The position numbers and the translations under genes were made by a program. Below are positions 40,264 to 45,070 of a DNA stretch of 45,070 bases, one piece after another. The first letter of the stretch is position 1, and each line of letters opens with the position of its first letter. The notes beneath the pieces are model-generated. The model was not told where the DNA came from. It saw only the letters and a list, made by a program, of their open reading frames with translations, and did no database searches. Source of the stretch: Parasitella parasitica NRRL 2501 (lineage: Eukaryota; Fungi; Mucoromycota); NCBI GenBank assembly GCA_025201805.1, contig MU619419.1:1-45070 (forward strand), given 5' to 3'.

Positions 40264-42142
40264 ATGTCAATTTCATATTCTATCCCTGCTATTTGTTTAC
40301 CTGTGCATTATTGGGAAAGTAATAATATATATTTTATGATGGGAATCTAGTTTAGTTCAGTGTTTATTTGTATATTTTTATTTTTGTCGTAAAATTTATG
40401 AAACTACATAAAAAAAAGTGCCGAAAACTAATAAATTGCGCTTAATTTGGCTAAGTAAACCCCTAGATTATAAAAACAAAAAAACAGGGTTTCCCCCTGT
40501 TTTGATGTTAGGCGGAGCTTGAAATTCGACCAAAAATGGAAATTGGTAAAATTTCAACGAATGCCCCCCCTAAATAGCCGAAAAATGCCTTACCACACTT
40601 CACAGCTTCGGATAAAATGGCCCATCTCAAGAACTGCTAGGGTAAGCACAGTCAATGAGTAGAAACACCCTACATGCTTCTGTAACACTCCAACTTACGG
40701 TTTTTTTTCACATCCAATTAGCGGTTCTGCCATCTTCAATGCTAGGCCATCCACTTGACATGGAGAACCAAACTACAAAAGTAAAACAAAAAAAATTTTT
40801 CAGTTAGTAAAAAAGCTCTTACGAAAATATGATAAATAATAATACCTGAATGAATTACTGCACTAGGAACACGCCATCCTGTAGATTGTTTTCTTGTGAT
40901 AGATTCTATAGAAAACGCGTATGAGAGTGTTAGTTAGCGTCTTTTAGAAAACGTGGATAATATTTACTGTTTTTAAAGAAAAAACTCGACTTTCCCACAA
41001 TCAAAGAGGTAGTATAACGTATAATACCAGCAATAATGAATACAAAGTGCATGCGTTTGCAACGTAGATAATCAAAGATAAGAGTATATACTGTAATAAT
41101 AGTAAAATAATAGCGTAGTAGAAGTAGAGAAGCAGCAAAAAAAAAGGGGGGGCGAGCTGCCAATTTTTTATTACGCCTAACAGTGACCGTATTTTTGCGT
41201 AAACAGCAAATGCATGCAACACAGCAAACAATATAAAGTGGCTAAACTAGGGGGAAAACTATAATCTGGTGCACCAAAGCTATATGATAAGTAAACTTGA
41301 TGTTGTTGAATATAATATCTTTTATGTTTTGAAAATTGGTTGTTTGGATGAAAAGTTATTTCAATCTAAAGTCTTGATGAAAAGAGGAAAAAAGGAGAAA
41401 AACAGTTATATCAAGTCTCATAGTTCTGATCTAGACTTTTACTTATGACAGCCGAGTTTGAATGCATTGTAGCATTCGAATGGTGTATTATAATTGACAT
41501 ATGGGTTGTTTCTCGTATCTCTACACTGCTTAAAACAAATAAGCGAAATTGAGAAATTTGCGACATACATCAGTATTATTTTGAAGATATTACACGGTTA
41601 TAACGTATTTTGTGCTTTTTTTTTGGCATTGTGTTCAAAATATAGAGATTCTGATCTATCTTTTACTACTGATTTCTGGAAAAGAGATGATTCCATACTG
41701 ATATATCAGGGTATAGTTATCAGCTATACCTCCAAAGCCTTTGATTGAGCACGCAGCTGAATTTAAAAAAGCAAGTGCATTTTTTATTCTAAATCGTTCA
41801 GTTTGTCAAAAAAAAGCATTTTGTAATTTTTTTCATTGCATATATTTGGTGCCGAATTCATGGCAAAGTCTCCATGCATAATAAAACAAAATGATACAAG
41901 AACTGGTGCTCTATCTCAATATGCAAAGATTAAGTTAAATTGTATTATTGAAAATTAACTGGATTAAACAGAAAAACCTAAATTTTGATTTTTAGGCCAC
42001 ATTGTCCAATTTTTTAGACTTTGATGTATGAACAAAGATTGTGGATGACATATTTTTAAAGCTAATAGGTAATGTGCAGTATTCTCTAGATTCGTAGCAG
42101 TGTCTTTACACTCTACAAACTGAATATTTGTTCCGTTCAATA

Positions 42143-42353
42143 TGTTATATCAATAACATGGCAAGGTCTCACATCAGGATCTCAAATCAGTTCCAGGGTC
42201 TTACAGTAAATCATGGGTAGTCATGATTTACATTATGCAGCTAAAAAGTAGAACCCTAGTGTAATGAATGTGTATATAATACATCGAGAGATGTATTATG
42301 AATAAAAGTGTAATTCTTTGGCAGATTTATCTTATCAGACTTTTGACATAACA
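42143..42353 (+). mobile_element. Solo LTR, diverged family B member (211 bp)
   Basis: TGTTATATCA...TGACATAACA termini and TSD CAATA/CAATG. The 3' part (atgtatt..aataaaagtgtaa.tctttggcagatttat) is shared with family B. Confidence 0.8.
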
Positions 42354-42756
42354 CAATGAACGTGTGGAGTGAAGTAAAAACAAAAAAATTTATCTGTAAT
42401 CACAAGAAGAATGCTTTTTTTTAGGTTGCGTAAACTACTGCATACCAAACGCTTTCTGTCCCTATTGACACAAATCAAGTTGCTCTTATAAATGTGAGTT
42501 TGACAAAGCAATCGTTGAAATTATGTATATATTCTTTTTTAAGAGAGCATCTTTTCCCGTATAATTTGGAATATTGTGTTCTCTTTAAATCATCTCTGTT
42601 TTCTCCAATATAAAACGTACAGCGAAATGTTGTGCAAATGTGCTATTTTAACGTAATAAAGACTTTCTTACAGTAAAACTCCAAATACACAACTGGAGAC
42701 TTTTATAGACGTAAGACTTGATCAATCTTTAGCCATATAACTTGCGATAAATTCAG

Positions 42757-45070
42757 CAAAATCTTGTTTTGGCGTTATCTCGACAACTAAGATAGATATT
42801 GGAATTCGGAAAGCGCGGTCCAGATACAGTTATATTGTACTAGAGCGAGAAAAAAAGAGAGACACTTTCCTTGGACCCTAAATCCATAACTCAAAATGAT
42901 CCTGAAGGTTACCGCAAATTTGCAAATTGAAAATCTAATATGAGGTGTGGCGTCCAAACTCATTGTTATGTCAATAACATGCCATAGATCTTGTAGCAAG
43001 ATCAAGGGGCTAAAAGCCAATGTAATTGGTAAATCAGGGATTTAAACCGCATGCTCTGTTTATAAATGTTGGTTACCGTTGTGTATGATGACGTTAGCAC
43101 ATAATGTTAGTTTATATAAATACATTCAGAGGAGGATGTATTTTTAATAAAAGTGTAACTCTTTGGCATATTCATATTACTAACTTATTTTGACATAACA
43201 CTCATAGCAAAATCTGAAAAATGATCAGAAATATTTGAGAATTGGATATGTTATATAGAATAGTTCAAATGAAAATTCTTTTGGCTGAAAGTTGTACCTT
43301 CAGCGCATAATAATTTGTAAGCATAGCAGTAATTGGAAATTATGCTTTTGAGCGTGGAAAAGGGTTATGTCTTTGATTTGGTAGCATGAACTTAATCAAA
43401 AATGAAGGAGGTATATAAAAATGGTTTTTGAGCTCGTATTATTATGCGGTATTCCGGCTATCGATTCGTATTGAGACATCATACCCAAGTTATCCATTAG
43501 AGTCGTGCTTTTTTTTTTATTAAATTGAGAATAGGTGTTGCACTCCTTTATAGCAGAAAAAAAAGAGACTGTAGATTGAATCTCAGCACTGTGTTTCCAT
43601 TTGACTCAAACAACATTCAAACTTTTTTTCGCATCGTTCATTGCTAAATAACTCATAAACGCAATAAGTATATCGGATATGCGAACTAAGTGTATTATAA
43701 CAAAAGTTAAATTCTGCATCCAACCATATATATTACAAGGCTATAGAAACACCTTTTTTTATTACCAATTTTCAAATATTCAAAAAACGCCATTTTTGAT
43801 AGTTTCTGAGTGAAATCAAGCATATTCTGAGCACATTCAACTCTATAAAGTTGACCAAACAAACGATCATGTCAATTCCTACAAATCAATACTTTGTTTA
43901 CAACTGTAGCTTTATTGTATCTGCCAAAAATCAAAATCTTGTCTCGACCAAAATGAATCCACCATCTTCCGGTCCTATGTTTAGAGGGCCAAAATGAAGC
44001 CATTCAAAAGGGTAAAAATCAATTTCGTTTTTCGAGATTTTCTCGCTCAAAAATTGGTATTTTCTGACCAAACTAAAATCTTTTGGTAGCTATTCTGTTG
44101 CTCCATTTTAATATTGGTATATCATGTATCTTTAAGTACCATTTATTACTCTGAAAACTGTGAAAATAAATGAAGCCTCTGCTAAAAATATCTGAAAATT
44201 TTTTTTTTCGACATATCTATCTAACACTAATACAACTAGCAGAAAACCAAGTTTTAAAAATATTCTAGTAATTACTCAGGCCAAGTTGTCATAGTGGTTT
44301 GTGGAGAAATAGGGGGACAAAGTTTAACGTAAAAAGACAAAATTGGCTCTAGATTGTCGAATTCGAGCTTTTTTACAACATGTTTAACACTAGTAAGTGT
44401 ACCAAAATGTGCTTTATTACTTTACTTAGGAATGTAAACTTGGTTTAGTTGCAAAATACAGCACTTGTTATAGGAACATATACTGTAAAATCTGCAAAAT
44501 CTGCAAAGTCTAGTTTTGGTAATATCTCGACAACAAAGATAGATATCGAGAATCGAAAGACGTAGTGAGTTACAGCTGTTATACTAGTATAAGCCTTCAT
44601 TCTTAGTTTGGACCTCAAATCCGTACCTAAAAATGACCCTGAAGGTTGACCCAAAGTTGAAAATCGAAAATCGAATCTGAGGTTTGGGGTTCAAACATAG
44701 CAAAATCTGAAAAATGGTCAGAAATGCATGAAACTCGGATAAGCTGTAGAAGGACGCAAAAAAATAAGATGTTGGCTGAAGGTTGTGTCTTTATCGCTTA
44801 CTAGTTTGTAAAGATATCAGAGATTGTAGATTATGCCTTTAAGCGGGGAAAAAGGTGATGGTCATGATTAGGTGGCATTTATTTTAAGCTAAACATAAAG
44901 CTACATAGAAATAGCTTTTATATTCATATTTTACCGCATCTTGGGTACCGATTCATGTAAAGACATAACCAGATTGTCTATGGAGTTCATGCTTTGCTCC
45001 TCAATTGAAATAGATGTTTCAATGCTATAAAGAGCTGTATTCGCAGTTGTATATTCAAGCTCAGAAATAT
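42757..45070. repeat. Diverged direct repeat pair (~42757-43590 and ~44502-45070), probable non-autonomous DNA element debris
   Basis: Collinear shared blocks tatctcgacaac.aagatagatat, aaatga.cctgaaggtt, catagcaaaatctgaaaaatg.tcagaaat and ttggctgaa.gttgt. Confidence 0.8.
42964..43200 (+). mobile_element. Solo LTR, family B (237 bp)
   Basis: TGTTATGTCA...TGACATAACA termini and perfect TSD CTCAT. Empty site visible in the paralogous repeat at ~44692-44710. Confidence 0.9.

Noticed and set aside
40630-40680. Possible hammerhead ribozyme (ATGAG...GAAAC inside a stem)
   Set aside because: Lacks the CUGANGA core and a proper three-stem arrangement.
39488-44654. Short ORFs in the right-hand repeat region
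   Set aside because: Low-complexity translations of LTR and AT-rich repeats; no domains and no splice-supported gene structure.

Overview
Eukaryotic, AT-rich, intron-dense fungal DNA, most likely Mucorales (CotH gene, 40-70 nt GT-AG introns, kinesin-4). About 2.4-36.2 kb is a compact gene cluster: a Fungal_trans-type transcription factor, GDA1 apyrase, GSK3 kinase, RRB1/GRWD1, FRA10AC1, a CotH kinase, intron-containing tRNA-Tyr, an AVT-type amino-acid transporter, a small secreted 6-Cys peptide, kinesin-4, BMT5, tubulin cofactor D (3' end lost in an N gap) and an Avo2-like ankyrin protein. Three transposon-derived zones (1-1.9 kb, 15.2-18.8 kb, 36.3-45 kb) hold a decayed Ty3/gypsy LTR+gag, an integrase remnant, solo LTRs with 5-bp TSDs, a 5'-truncated LINE with a 10-bp TSD, and older dispersed repeats. 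The most unusual items are a long inverted repeat with a perfectly identical inner 222 bp around a strand-biased spacer just upstream of the TF gene, an unannotated micro-exon gene for a 22-35 aa peptide at 28.8-29.1 kb, and a secreted peptide with mirror-symmetric Cys spacing. No complete novel multi-gene system could be demonstrated from sequence alone. All exon models and family assignments were made by eye and by motif recall, not database search.
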